NCBI GenBank assembly: GCA_049889835.1 | Contig: JBMHCQ010000025.1 | Location: forward strand, 15,744 to 79,743 | Origin: Akkermansiaceae bacterium | Lineage (GTDB): Bacteria > Verrucomicrobiota > Verrucomicrobiia > Verrucomicrobiales > Akkermansiaceae | Direction: 5' to 3' | Length of the DNA: 64,000 nt | Part shown: positions 54,734 to 64,000 of the stretch, piece after piece | How the letters are laid out: the number at the start of each line of letters is the position of its first letter | Numbering within the stretch: position 1 is the stretch's first letter | The notes under the pieces: generated by a model | Told to the model about the DNA's origin: nothing | Database searches by the model: none | What the model saw: only the letters and a program-made list of their open reading frames with translations | Translations under genes and position numbers: made by a program

Positions 54734-57292
54734 CTATCGCCAATTGTGCTTCGGGTAACGCCCAGCCAAATCCTTTTTCATCTGCGCGAAACCTCTCTCC
54801 CAAAATCCCGGCAAATCCGTTGTGGTTTGCCAGGGCCGCTGATTGGGAGCGAGAATTTTGACCACCAGCGGATACCCATTCGCAATCACCGGAGTCTCTT
54901 CGACATCGTAAAGACGCTGAACCTTCTCCTCGATCCATGGGTTACTTCCAGTGGCATAGTTCACCCGGGTGTTAACCCCGTTCGCCAGCTGGATTTTCTC
55001 GGGGGCAAAGGCCTCCAAAGCCTGTTTCTGGGGAGCCGAAAGCCACTCTTTTAAAATCGGCCAGGGCTCGCGGTCCCGTACTTCTTTGAAAGTCACCGCG
55101 CCGGCACAGATTTGGGCAATCGCCATTTCCCGATCGTCATCGGTGAATCCGGGCAGCTCCAACTCCGGCATCGCTTCACTCAAAAAACTCAAGCGCGCAA
55201 TCCAACGATCCACTTTCCCGTCCCATTTTTTAAGCTTCAAATCTCCCGTGATCACTTGTTCGGCGAGAAGTTCTCCAGCGAGATTGGGATCAACTTCCCC
55301 ACCCCGTTTTTCCTCAAGAACCAATCCGCGGAATGTGCGCTGGCGCACCGCGACCACACGTCTTGCGAGTGCATCAAAAATCACGCCGCAGTCCTCCGTT
55401 GTCTCACCTGGGAAAAGCTCTTCGAGCCAATCTTCTTTGAGAGCCACGCAGCGTGAAAGCCGCACTACTCTCTCGCGTCCCTCCACTTCCATCATGTCCG
55501 CTGCCAGAAATAGCGGGGACTCCCGTGCGATACTTTTCCCATCCATTTTACCGCGCCGTTTCCCAATGACATCGCAAACTGAAGTCCCGGCATCACGACG
55601 CACCGCCAGCCGATCACCGAAGGCCAGGAGAAGAGCCCTCGCACACTCTTCACCCCGCTGCCGAAAATCCGGCTCTTTGACCACGGATCCCCGCTGGACC
55701 ATCATCTTGGACAACTGCTGGAAACTTTTCCAAGTTTCACGAGCGCCGCGTGCGAGAACTCCGAGAGCGCTGCAGGCTCTCGATTGAAAATCCGCTTGCC
55801 GCGCAGCCACGAGCGCAAGCCACTCGCCTCCAAAATCGTTGACCCAACCCAGCTCCCCTTCGAGAAAATCAGCCCACTTTGGACCCCGATCTCCTTTTTG
55901 AAAAATCCCTTCTCCCTGAACGCAAGCCGCCACAAAAAGCACCTCTCCTAGACAGCCGAGTTCCGCACCTGCGAGGACCATGCGGGCCAAGCGGGGATGC
56001 ATGGAAAACCGCGCCATCTCCTCACCTATGCTCGAAAGCCCATCGCCGGAGACCGCCCCCAGTTGCGCGAGTAAAGTCTCTGCCTCCTCCTTCCGGTGAG
56101 ACTCCGGCTCATCAAGCCAGCGAAATACTTCAAGCTGACCGATTCCCAGTCGCTTTAGGAACAGGGCCGCTTCCGCGAGATCAACCCGACGCACTTCGGG
56201 TACTTCGAATTCTTCACGACCTCGGTGATCAGACTCACTCCAAAGTCGCACACACTTTCCCGGCCCAGTTCTCCCTGCCCGACCCGCACGCTGTTCGGCT
56301 GCCGCCTGAGAAATTTTGACAATCCGCAGGGAATCAAATCCGCGATTGGCGTCATATTGCGACTGCCGCGCAAGACCTGAATCCACCACCACTTTCACCC
56401 CATCAATCGTGACGGAAGTCTCGGCAACATTAGTCGAAAGAATGACTCGCTTGGTATCATCTCGCTGAATTGCAGACCGCTGACGTTTTGGATCCATCGC
56501 AGAATAAAGTGTCGCGATTTCCCACCCCCGCATCCACCCCGCTTCATTGAGGAGCCGCTCGCACCGCCTGATTTCAAACATCCCCGGCAGGAACACCAGA
56601 ACTCGATCGCCCGGCCCCAGCTCCTTCACTTCACCACGAATGGCGCGCGCCACCCGCTCCCAGAGTTCCTGATTTTGCGGAGGCCTCCGCGTTGTAACTT
56701 GCGCCATTCCCTTGTACTCGATTTCAACCGGAAAAAGTCGCCCGCCCGCTTCCACTACTTCGCAAGGTTGGAGGTATTCCTTCAACCCCCCGATTTCAAG
56801 CGTGGCCGACATCACCACGACGCGCAAATCGGGCCGAAGAGTCTCCTGCAGATCAAGAACACGTCCCAGCGCCAAATCCGATGACAATCGGCGCTCATGA
56901 AATTCATCGAAAATCACTGCTCCAACATCCATCAGCTCCGGATCATCGAGAAGCATTCGCTGTAAAACCCCGTCGGTGAGATAGAGGATTTCGGTCTCTT
57001 CCCCAAAGCGGCTTTCAAAGCGCACCGCATATCCCACGCCTCCCCCACAGCGTGTTCCTTCCAATTTGGCGACGTATTCTGCGAGGAGGCAGGCCGCCAT
57101 CCGCCGGGGCTGGACCACCAGAACCCGACCCTTGATCTCCTCACGAACCATCCCGGGAACGGTCGTGCTTTTTCCCGACCCGGTCGGAGCCCTTAGCAAA
57201 AGCCGCCCCGATTCCTCCCGCACCGCAACGCGGATTTCCCCTTCGACCTCATGCACCGGTAAGCTCACTTCCTGAGAAAAGCAGCCCTCCAC
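54734..57292 (-). CDS. hrpB: ATP-dependent RNA helicase HrpB, 852 aa, GTG start
   Basis: APTGSGKST, DEFHER (DEAH box), SATL, TNVAETSVTIDGV, QRAGRAGR, and the C-terminal HrpB-specific region. Confidence 0.9.
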   Translation of the reverse strand: MEGCFSQEVSLPVHEVEGEIRVAVREESGRLLLRAPTGSGKSTTVPGMVREEIKGRVLVVQPRRMAACLLAEYVAKLEGTRCGGGVGYAVRFESRFGEETEILYLTDGVLQRMLLDDPELMDVGAVIFDEFHERRLSSDLALGRVLDLQETLRPDLRVVVMSATLEIGGLKEYLQPCEVVEAGGRLFPVEIEYKGMAQVTTRRPPQNQELWERVARAIRGEVKELGPGDRVLVFLPGMFEIRRCERLLNEAGWMRGWEIATLYSAMDPKRQRSAIQRDDTKRVILSTNVAETSVTIDGVKVVVDSGLARQSQYDANRGFDSLRIVKISQAAAEQRAGRAGRTGPGKCVRLWSESDHRGREEFEVPEVRRVDLAEAALFLKRLGIGQLEVFRWLDEPESHRKEEAETLLAQLGAVSGDGLSSIGEEMARFSMHPRLARMVLAGAELGCLGEVLFVAACVQGEGIFQKGDRGPKWADFLEGELGWVNDFGGEWLALVAARQADFQSRACSALGVLARGARETWKSFQQLSKMMVQRGSVVKEPDFRQRGEECARALLLAFGDRLAVRRDAGTSVCDVIGKRRGKMDGKSIARESPLFLAADMMEVEGRERVVRLSRCVALKEDWLEELFPGETTEDCGVIFDALARRVVAVRQRTFRGLVLEEKRGGEVDPNLAGELLAEQVITGDLKLKKWDGKVDRWIARLSFLSEAMPELELPGFTDDDREMAIAQICAGAVTFKEVRDREPWPILKEWLSAPQKQALEAFAPEKIQLANGVNTRVNYATGSNPWIEEKVQRLYDVEETPVIANGYPLVVKILAPNQRPWQTTTDLPGFWERGFAQMKKDLAGRYPKHNWR

Positions 57293-57349
57293 TTAACCTG
57301 CGAGGGGAGATTTTATGAAATTTCCCGCTTCCACCCCTCGTTTCATCTC

Positions 57350-57378
57350 TTGCTAACCTGCCCGAACACCCCTATCCT
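57350..57378 (+). promoter_or_regulatory. sigma70-like promoter candidate for tatA (leaderless geometry)
   Basis: TTGCTA (57350-57355), 17-nt spacer, TATCCT (57373-57378). The ATG at 57386 is 7 nt after the -10 element. Confidence 0.35.
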
Positions 57379-57385
57379 ACCTCCT

Positions 57386-57625
57386 ATGAACACCATCGCA
57401 ATCATCCCATCCCTTGGAGGCCAAGAGATGATTCTCATCTTTCTTGTCATCCTTCTTCTCTTTGGGGCCAAGAAGCTCCCCCAGCTTGCCCGAGGAATGG
57501 GTAAGAGCCTCGGCGAGTTCAAGAAAGCCCGTGAGGAGTTCGAAGACGAGATCAAGAAGGGTGCTGATGAGGCCGAAAAAATGGATACTAAAAAGCCCGA
57601 AGACACCGAGTCTCGCGACAGCTAA
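57386..57625 (+). CDS. tatA: twin-arginine translocase TatA/E, 79 aa
   Basis: GGQEMILIFLVILLLFGAKKLPQLARGMGKSLGEFKKA is the conserved TatA TM plus amphipathic helix. Confidence 0.85.
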   Translation: MNTIAIIPSLGGQEMILIFLVILLLFGAKKLPQLARGMGKSLGEFKKAREEFEDEIKKGADEAEKMDTKKPEDTESRDS

Positions 57626-58662
57626 TGCCCTTTTCACGTTTCAGAGTATTTCGCAACGCTCCGCAGATTGTCCTCGGGGCGTTTTTCTTGTGCGCCATTG
57701 GATCGCTTACTTCTTGCCGCAAGCAGGAACCCAAAGTCACCGTTGAAAGCATCTCCATCGAGGAAAATTCGTCTGCGGAAATTCCCTCTTCTTCTCGTGA
57801 AAAGGAAGCAGTCACCTTCAAGGAATCGCCTGAAGGTCGGGTCCGCTTTCTTTCCTATAACATCAAAAACTACCTCACAATGGAACGTTACGTCCGAGGT
57901 GGTGGCCGCAAAACCAGCAGTAAGCCGGAGGAAGAAATTACCGCTCTCGTGAAGATCATTGTCGAAGAAAATCCCGATGTGCTTGGCCTCTGCGAAATCG
58001 GAACCATGGACGATCTTCTCGACCTCCAGTCCCGCCTTAAAAAAGCCGGACTCGATCTTCCTCATTTCGAACACGCAGGCGGAGCTGACCCCACCCGACG
58101 TCTTGCTCTTCTTTCCCATCTTCCAATCATTGCTAGAAATTCTGCCAGTGATCTCTCCTACGAACTAGAGAGCCAGACTTTCCAGATGGGTCGTGGGATT
58201 CTTGATGTCACTCTGGATCTTCCGGGTGGTCCGACCCATTTCATCGGCGTTCACCTGAAATCAAAACGCGAAATACCTGAAGCTGACCAGGCCATGATGC
58301 GGCTCAATGAGGCGATGCTTTTACGGAGGCACTGTAATGCCATTTTGGAGAAAGATCCGCAGGGAAGAATCATCGTTTATGGAGACATGAACGAGACCAA
58401 GGGAAATGCCCCCATCAAAACAATTCGCGGAAACCAGAAGTCCGACCTCTTTCTTGACGACGTATGGGCCAAGGATTCTCGACGCGAAGTCTGGACCCAC
58501 TACTGGAGCTATCAGCAACAGTACGCCCGCTTTGACTATGTTTTCTTTTCCCGCGCAATGAAGCCGGAGATGCGCTTCAAGGAATCTTACGTCGTCGACC
58601 CCATCGATTTCTTCGACGCCTCAGACCACCGAGCCATCATGGTCACCATCTGCGAGGAGTAA
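57625..58662 (+). CDS. endonuclease/exonuclease/phosphatase (EEP) family lipoprotein, 345 aa
   Basis: Lipobox LTSC. VRFLSYNIKNY (N-terminal catalytic Asn/Glu region), GDMNE, and SDHRAIMVTI at the C-terminus. The start overlaps the tatA stop (TAATG). Confidence 0.8.
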   Translation: MPFSRFRVFRNAPQIVLGAFFLCAIGSLTSCRKQEPKVTVESISIEENSSAEIPSSSREKEAVTFKESPEGRVRFLSYNIKNYLTMERYVRGGGRKTSSKPEEEITALVKIIVEENPDVLGLCEIGTMDDLLDLQSRLKKAGLDLPHFEHAGGADPTRRLALLSHLPIIARNSASDLSYELESQTFQMGRGILDVTLDLPGGPTHFIGVHLKSKREIPEADQAMMRLNEAMLLRRHCNAILEKDPQGRIIVYGDMNETKGNAPIKTIRGNQKSDLFLDDVWAKDSRREVWTHYWSYQQQYARFDYVFFSRAMKPEMRFKESYVVDPIDFFDASDHRAIMVTICEE

Positions 58663-58667
58663 TCGTC

Positions 58668-59480
58668 TTAAGCCACGACGTTTTCCAACGTTCCAATCCC
58701 TTCAATCGTGATCTTGACGCAGTCTCCCGATTGCAGGGTAAAGTCCGGCCCAGGCACCACGCCAGTTCCGGTCATAAGGAAGACCCCATTGGGAAAGTCG
58801 AGCTCGCAAAAAAGGAAGTCCACCAACTCCTCCAGTGATCGCTTGAGCTGGGTGAGATCAGTTTCCCCGGCGAACATTTCCTGCCGGTCTCGCACAATGT
58901 TGAGCGTGATCTTGGCATCATCTGCGAGCGACTCCCGTCCCAACAAAATTCCCGGACCGATGGCACAACTCCCATTGTAAACTTTCGCCTGCGGGAGGTA
59001 GAGCGGATTCTCCCCTTCGATGGAGCGCGAGCTCACATCATTGCCAACAGTGAAGCCAAAAATCTCCCCCTTCGCATTGATCGCAAGCGTCAATTCTGGT
59101 TCCGGCACATCCCAGGATGAATCCTCCCGAACTCGAATCCTCCCGTCCGGCCCAAGCGCCCGATATCCCATCGCTTTGAAAAACAACTCGGGCCTCTGGG
59201 CATCATAAACCAAATCATAAAAAATATCTCCACCCGCTTTCTCAGATTCCTCCATTCGCGCTGACTTGGAGCGCAGGTAGGTCACACCCGCTGCCCAGAT
59301 CTCGGTATCCGCTGGTACTGGAGCACCGAGAGAATGATCCCTCGACTCCTGTTTTTCACCCACCAGATCATTCGGAGTTTTCGTACCACGGAAAAGAGCC
59401 TCCAAGCTACCCTGCGCGAGAAGTGTCTGGCCTTTCTCATCCTCCAAATAATCGCCGTGCTCCGTGCGGAAAATCTTCAT
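58668..59480 (-). CDS. fumarylacetoacetate hydrolase (FAH) family protein, 270 aa
   Basis: EPELTLAINAKGEIFGFTVGNDVSSRSIEGENPLYLPQAKVY...GVFLMTGTGVVP is the FAH-fold signature, resembling KdaD-type dehydratases. Confidence 0.8.
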   Translation of the reverse strand: MKIFRTEHGDYLEDEKGQTLLAQGSLEALFRGTKTPNDLVGEKQESRDHSLGAPVPADTEIWAAGVTYLRSKSARMEESEKAGGDIFYDLVYDAQRPELFFKAMGYRALGPDGRIRVREDSSWDVPEPELTLAINAKGEIFGFTVGNDVSSRSIEGENPLYLPQAKVYNGSCAIGPGILLGRESLADDAKITLNIVRDRQEMFAGETDLTQLKRSLEELVDFLFCELDFPNGVFLMTGTGVVPGPDFTLQSGDCVKITIEGIGTLENVVA

Positions 59481-59698
59481 AGACCCAATGAAGCCAAAAC
59501 ACCGGCAATCCGTCGAGCAGCGATCACGGTGAAGCTCTGGTTCCTCGATATCTCTCTGATTTCCAGCAAATCCGCCGCTTGTAATTGTTTATCACCAAAA
59601 TTGACCCTTTATTTGTCATACAATTGAAGGAATAGTCCCAAGGGAGCCTCTCCAGCTTGCAGCGCAATCTCAGAGAGGTAACTTGCTTGAACACACAA

Positions 59699-62600
59699 AT
59701 GAACAACATTCTCGCCATTCCTCCCCTCTTCATTGGGTCACTCATGGCTTCCGCGACGGATAATCTGGTGTCTTATTGGGCTCTTGAAAACAACCTGAAT
59801 GATACCGCCGACGCTGGCTCTTCGACCGATAACGGATCTTGGGTCGGAGCTTCAGACTACGATCCCGGAAAATTCGGTCAAGCGATCGAGACCAAAGGGA
59901 ACACTTGGGTTTCAGTTCCGGACAGCGCCGACCTCCGAGGCAGTTCGAACACGATCTCGATCTCATCCTGGTTGAGAGTGGTGACCTTTGACCAAAGCTG
60001 GCAAGCCCTCATCGCAAAAGGAGAAAATTCCAACTGGCGCATTGCACGACGCTCGGGAACGAGCGAGATCGCGTACGCAGGAGGCGCCGGTGACATCAGT
60101 GGTGGGAGTGTCAATGACGGGGCATGGCACCACGTCCTCGGGGTCTCCGAAGCCGGAGTAAGCACCCGCCTCTATATCGATGGCGTCTTGGTCGATACCG
60201 GAAGTGCTCCCAATATCACCGATTCGGGCTTGGACCTTTTGATTGGAAATAACCCCGAGCGGACAGGCCGGGGTTGGAAAGGACTGATCGATGATGTTGG
60301 GATCTTCAATAAAGCGCTTAACCCTCACGAGGCGGCTGCCATCTACACTCTCGGAAATGACGCTGCTTATGGATTCAACTTGGAGCAAATTAACGATCTC
60401 ATCCAACTCGCCGCAGACCCAGCTGGAGATACCCTTCAAGTCGGAAACTTCACCTGGACCTCGGTCGATTCAAATCCCAACGATGGGCGCGCCTTCGTGC
60501 AACTAGAAAACGCCGGAGGAGGTGTCGCCGGTTCAAGTGGGCCCACCATTTTTTCCTTCACTGCGGATCATGCCACCGTACCTCCCGGAACTCCGATCAC
60601 CGTGAATTGGCATGTCGATGCCGATGCGTCCAACCTTATCATTCTCGCACCAGGCGTAGGAAACGTAAAGCCCCAGACCATCAATGATAGGGGGAGTTAC
60701 ACCTTCACCTCCGGATTCACGGAGAGCACCACGATTAGCATCAGCGCCATCGGCAACACGGGCACCAACAGCCGTGAAATCCCAATCACCATCACGAATC
60801 AGCCGATCATTGAATTCTTCACTGCGACTCCAACCATCGCCTCCCCAGGCGATGCTGTGACCATTGAGTGGTCCACCCTGAACACCACATCGGTCTCACT
60901 TGATGGTGCACCAGTCGCAACCAGCGGGTCCTTTGTCGTCAACCCAACTTCCACGACGAGTTACACCCTCTCCACCACCAATGCGAACGGTATTACCAGT
61001 CAGGATCTCACCATTCCCGTGATCATCCCAGGAGAGCCCATCATCTCGGAATTCCTCGCGGTCAATGACGGCGTTCTTCTTGATGAAGACAACGATGCCA
61101 GCGACTGGATTCAGATCTCAAATTCCACCAATGTCGACAGCGTTATCAACGGCGAATACTACCTCACCGACGACAAGGACAATCTGCAGAAGTGGCAGAT
61201 CCCCAGTCAAACCTTGTCTCCCGGTTCTTCCGTGCGTTACTTCGCCTCCAACAAAACTGGCACCGTCGAACCGCATATTAACTTCAGCCTCGCCAGCGAG
61301 GGAGAATACCTCGCACTGGTCAAAGTTTCCGGTGGGGTGACCACTATTCTCTCCGAATTCGATGAGTATCCCGACCAGTTCACTGACATTTCCTACGGTG
61401 TTCTTCCGGACCTCGCGACTTACGTTTACTACAAGGTCCCGACTCCGAATGACGTCAACACCGGAACGACTTTTGTGGACTACGTGCGCGACACTAATTT
61501 TTCAATCGGGCGGGGCCTCTACACCACGGCTCAGACGGTTGCCGTTACCAGCAACACCTCGGACGTGGCCATTTACTACACAACAGATGGTTCCGAACCC
61601 TCCCCCTCAAATGGAACTCTTTACACCGGCCCCCTGACTTTTAGCGACACCACGGTACTACGGGTGATCGGGACAAAAGAGAGTTACATCCCGACCAATA
61701 TCGACACCAATACCTACATCTTCCCGGCTCAGGTCGTCAACCAGCCATCCAACCCTTCAGGCTGGCCCGGCGGAAGCGTCAACGGCCAGGTAATGGACTA
61801 TCACATGGATCCCGGCAGCGCGGTAAGCTCCAGTGAACAGGGTGTGATTGATGCCCTCAATGCCATTCCGACCTGGTCCATTGTCACCGACCAAGATAAC
61901 CTCACGGGATCTGCAAACGGCATCTACGTCCGGCCCGGAAACCGGGGAATCGCCTGGGAACGCCCGGCTTCAGTGGAAATGATTCTTCCTCCTGGCTACA
62001 TCAGCCCGGATGGCCATACAGAAGGCTTTCAGGCCGAGGCTGGTATTCGAATCCGGGGAGGAGCCTCTCGAAGCACCAGCAACCCCAAACACGCTTTTCG
62101 CGTTTTCTTTCGCCGCGAATACGGGCAACGGAGTCTCAATTTCCCTCTTTTTGGAAACGAAGGTACGGACGAATACAAGGGAATCGATCTCCGCACGGCT
62201 CAGAACTACTCCTGGTCTTTCAAGAGACCTGGTAGTCTGACGGCAAACGGCGATAACAGCTCGAAGAACACCTTTTTGCGCGAAGTCTTCGCTCGTGACA
62301 CGCAGCGAGATCTTGGCGAACTCTACACACGTTCCCGCTACGTCCACCTCTATCTCAACGGGCTCTACTGGGGCCTCTTTATGACCCAGGAGCGCTCGGA
62401 GGCCGAGTTCGCCGCTTCGTATCTGGGCGGGAGTGATGACGATTACGACACGGTCAAATCAGCCGGCTCCAGTGGTGGCTACCAAACCGAAATGACCGAT
62501 GGAAACAACGGAGACTGGATCGCAGGATACGAAATTGCCAAACTAGTGGAAACCGCTTCCCCGACAAGTAATACAGCCTACTTTCAACTCCAAGGTCTCA

Positions 62601-64000
62601 ATAGCTCCGGAGTCCGTGATCCGAGCCTCCCGATCCATATCGACGTCGATAACCTCATTCACTACATCCTGACCGTTTTCTACAACGGTTCTTTCGATGC
62701 CCCCCTCTCAACCTTCATTAACGCATCGAATAACTGGTATGGAGTGCGGAACCGCTCAACTGACGATACCGGTTGGAAGTTCTTTGCCCATGATATGGAA
62801 CACAGTCTGGGGTCTTACTTCACGGCCCGCCAGGACCGTACCGGTCCTTTTGCTTTCTCCAATCGCGACTTCAGCCGCTCCAACCCGCAATACATTCATC
62901 AGTTTCTGATGACCAACAACGAGTATCGCCTCCGCTTTGCAGACCTCACTCACAAACACTTCTTCAATGGCGGCGTCTTTGATGATTCCAGTGTCCTCGC
63001 ACGCTTTGAAGAGCGCGAGAATACCGTCAATCAAGTCATCGACGCAGAAGCGGCACGTTGGGGAGACTCAAAACGTTCCAGCAATCCACTTGATCGCACG
63101 GAGTGGGCCCTCGCAGTGGCGCAACTCAAAGGATGGACGGATGGACGGAACGATGAGGTCAAAGCACAACTCGTTGCCGATGATCTCTATCCGACCACCG
63201 AACCTCCGGTCTTCAACCAACACGGCGGGCAGATTTCCTCCGGCTTCATCCTCACCATGACCAACCCAAATGGTGGTGGCACCGTCTACTACACGACTGA
63301 CGGAAGCGATCCTCGGAACATAGGTGGCGGCATCAATGGTTCCGCCTCCTCCGGAGGATCAGTTGTTCTTAACAGTTCATCCGAAGTCAAAGCCCGAGTC
63401 CGGATCAACGCCTCCGATTGGTCCGCTCTCACTTCGGCGGAATTCCTCACCGCTGGTCCTCCTGCAGCAAATCAGCTCGTCATTTCCGAAATCAACTACC
63501 ATCCCTACGATCTCACGACTACAGAAATCAACGCAGGCATCACCGACGAGGATGAGTTTGAGTTCATCGAGATTCACAACACCAGCGCTAGTCCAATCGA
63601 TCTCTCCAATGTCTCTCTCGGAAATGAAGTCGTTTACAACTTCTCCGATATTCTCGAGCCCGCTGATCGTGTCCTTCCTGCTGGTGGACGAATCGTTGTG
63701 GTCGAAAATTCCGCGGCATTTGCCGTCCGCTACCCCGGAGTGGCTCATGTCGGCCCTTGGACCGGAGGCCTTTCAAATAACAATGGCACGGTTGACCTTC
63801 TTTTGAATGGAACCACCCTTCTCTTCTCGGTTTCATATGATGACAATAACGGTTGGCCTGAATCAGCAGACGGTGACGGACCAACGCTTGTTCTCATAAA
63901 TAATGCCACGCCGAACGACCCTGCCTCATGGCGACTCAGCACGACCGAGGGAGGCAACCCCTTGAATTCGGACAGCGAACCCTTCATTGGAAATGCCAAT
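59699..64000 (+). CDS. giant secreted LamG - Ig-like repeats - LTD - CotH - LTD protein (first 1434 codons; continues past window end)
   Basis: Absent from the ORF track (no stop in the window), and I checked that the frame stays open. Domains, in order: signal peptide MNNILAIPPLFIGSLMASA; LamG-like (LVSYWALENNLNDTAD...LIGNNPERTGRGWKGLIDDVGIFNKAL); LTD (PIISEFLAVNDGVLLDEDNDASDWIQISN...YYLTDD); chitobiase-C-like (IYYTTDGSEPS); CotH core (RYVHLYLNGLYWGLFMTQERSEAEF); a second YYTTDGSDP; and a second LTD (LVISEINYHPYD...EFEFIEIHNTS). Confidence 0.8.
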   Translation, partial: MNNILAIPPLFIGSLMASATDNLVSYWALENNLNDTADAGSSTDNGSWVGASDYDPGKFGQAIETKGNTWVSVPDSADLRGSSNTISISSWLRVVTFDQSWQALIAKGENSNWRIARRSGTSEIAYAGGAGDISGGSVNDGAWHHVLGVSEAGVSTRLYIDGVLVDTGSAPNITDSGLDLLIGNNPERTGRGWKGLIDDVGIFNKALNPHEAAAIYTLGNDAAYGFNLEQINDLIQLAADPAGDTLQVGNFTWTSVDSNPNDGRAFVQLENAGGGVAGSSGPTIFSFTADHATVPPGTPITVNWHVDADASNLIILAPGVGNVKPQTINDRGSYTFTSGFTESTTISISAIGNTGTNSREIPITITNQPIIEFFTATPTIASPGDAVTIEWSTLNTTSVSLDGAPVATSGSFVVNPTSTTSYTLSTTNANGITSQDLTIPVIIPGEPIISEFLAVNDGVLLDEDNDASDWIQISNSTNVDSVINGEYYLTDDKDNLQKWQIPSQTLSPGSSVRYFASNKTGTVEPHINFSLASEGEYLALVKVSGGVTTILSEFDEYPDQFTDISYGVLPDLATYVYYKVPTPNDVNTGTTFVDYVRDTNFSIGRGLYTTAQTVAVTSNTSDVAIYYTTDGSEPSPSNGTLYTGPLTFSDTTVLRVIGTKESYIPTNIDTNTYIFPAQVVNQPSNPSGWPGGSVNGQVMDYHMDPGSAVSSSEQGVIDALNAIPTWSIVTDQDNLTGSANGIYVRPGNRGIAWERPASVEMILPPGYISPDGHTEGFQAEAGIRIRGGASRSTSNPKHAFRVFFRREYGQRSLNFPLFGNEGTDEYKGIDLRTAQNYSWSFKRPGSLTANGDNSSKNTFLREVFARDTQRDLGELYTRSRYVHLYLNGLYWGLFMTQERSEAEFAASYLGGSDDDYDTVKSAGSSGGYQTEMTDGNNGDWIAGYEIAKLVETASPTSNTAYFQLQGLNSSGVRDPSLPIHIDVDNLIHYILTVFYNGSFDAPLSTFINASNNWYGVRNRSTDDTGWKFFAHDMEHSLGSYFTARQDRTGPFAFSNRDFSRSNPQYIHQFLMTNNEYRLRFADLTHKHFFNGGVFDDSSVLARFEERENTVNQVIDAEAARWGDSKRSSNPLDRTEWALAVAQLKGWTDGRNDEVKAQLVADDLYPTTEPPVFNQHGGQISSGFILTMTNPNGGGTVYYTTDGSDPRNIGGGINGSASSGGSVVLNSSSEVKARVRINASDWSALTSAEFLTAGPPAANQLVISEINYHPYDLTTTEINAGITDEDEFEFIEIHNTSASPIDLSNVSLGNEVVYNFSDILEPADRVLPAGGRIVVVENSAAFAVRYPGVAHVGPWTGGLSNNNGTVDLLLNGTTLLFSVSYDDNNGWPESADGDGPTLVLINNATPNDPASWRLSTTEGGNPLNSDSEPFIGNAN

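Noticed and set aside
1-64000. A whole-window look for CRISPR arrays, IS elements, transposases, integrases, phage genes, toxin-antitoxin pairs, restriction-modification or other recognisable defence systems, rRNA, tmRNA, RNase P or SRP RNA, and riboswitch-like leaders (for example upstream of metF, purT and metG).
   Set aside because: I could support none of these by eye. The only repeats found are the short tandem or inverted repeats listed above. The region is dominated by housekeeping genes, so it behaves like core chromosome rather than an accessory island. A covariance-model scan would be needed to exclude small structured RNAs.

Overview
This is a 64-kb chromosomal segment that most likely comes from a PVC-superphylum bacterium, probably Verrucomicrobiota. 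The evidence for that placement is a PSCyt/DUF1553 + DUF1501 gene pair, two PEP-CTERM-anchored proteins, a giant LamG-LTD-CotH protein, and a TGTTC-N4-GAACA SOS-type box.

All calls come from reading the translations and DNA by eye. No searches were run, so family names are motif-based recognitions, not database hits.

**Content.** There are about 55 protein genes, mostly on the + strand and mostly housekeeping:
- Replication, segregation and repair: holA, scpA, hrpB.
- Translation: rplI, trmD, aat, DUF177-rpmF, metG, proS.
- Metabolism: purT, plsX, metF, nadD, dCMP deaminase.
- Other: a YebC-family regulator, tatA, and one tRNA-Gly(UCC).
- Envelope and secreted proteins: an RND pump, GH20 hexosaminidase, L,D-transpeptidase, TorF-like porin, EF-hand protein, AsmA-like proteins and a PpiD-like chaperone.

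I saw no rRNA, no CRISPR array, and no transposase, integrase or prophage genes.

**Most system-like element.** An imuA-imuB-dnaE2 mutagenesis cassette has a GTG start directly abutted by a perfect 16-bp palindrome, ATGTTC-TTTT-GAACAT. This cassette type is already described.

**Novelty.** I did not find a convincing, clearly novel multi-gene system. The best candidates for undescribed biology are:
1. A tightly packed co-directional block: permease, His/Cys-rich TIGR03943-like partner, MoxR ATPase, and an 819-aa AsmA-like protein with no VWA partner.
2. A pair of tail-anchored coiled-coil proteins with their own terminator, next to a single-HKD PLD/Nuc-like gene.
3. An orphan intrinsic terminator plus a perfect 11-bp hairpin in the 521-nt divergent region upstream of the PpiD-like gene (candidate small RNA or leader).
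4. A membrane-protein gene split between two overlapping frames.

Many long ORFs in the supplied track are antisense or out-of-frame shadows of real genes and were rejected.
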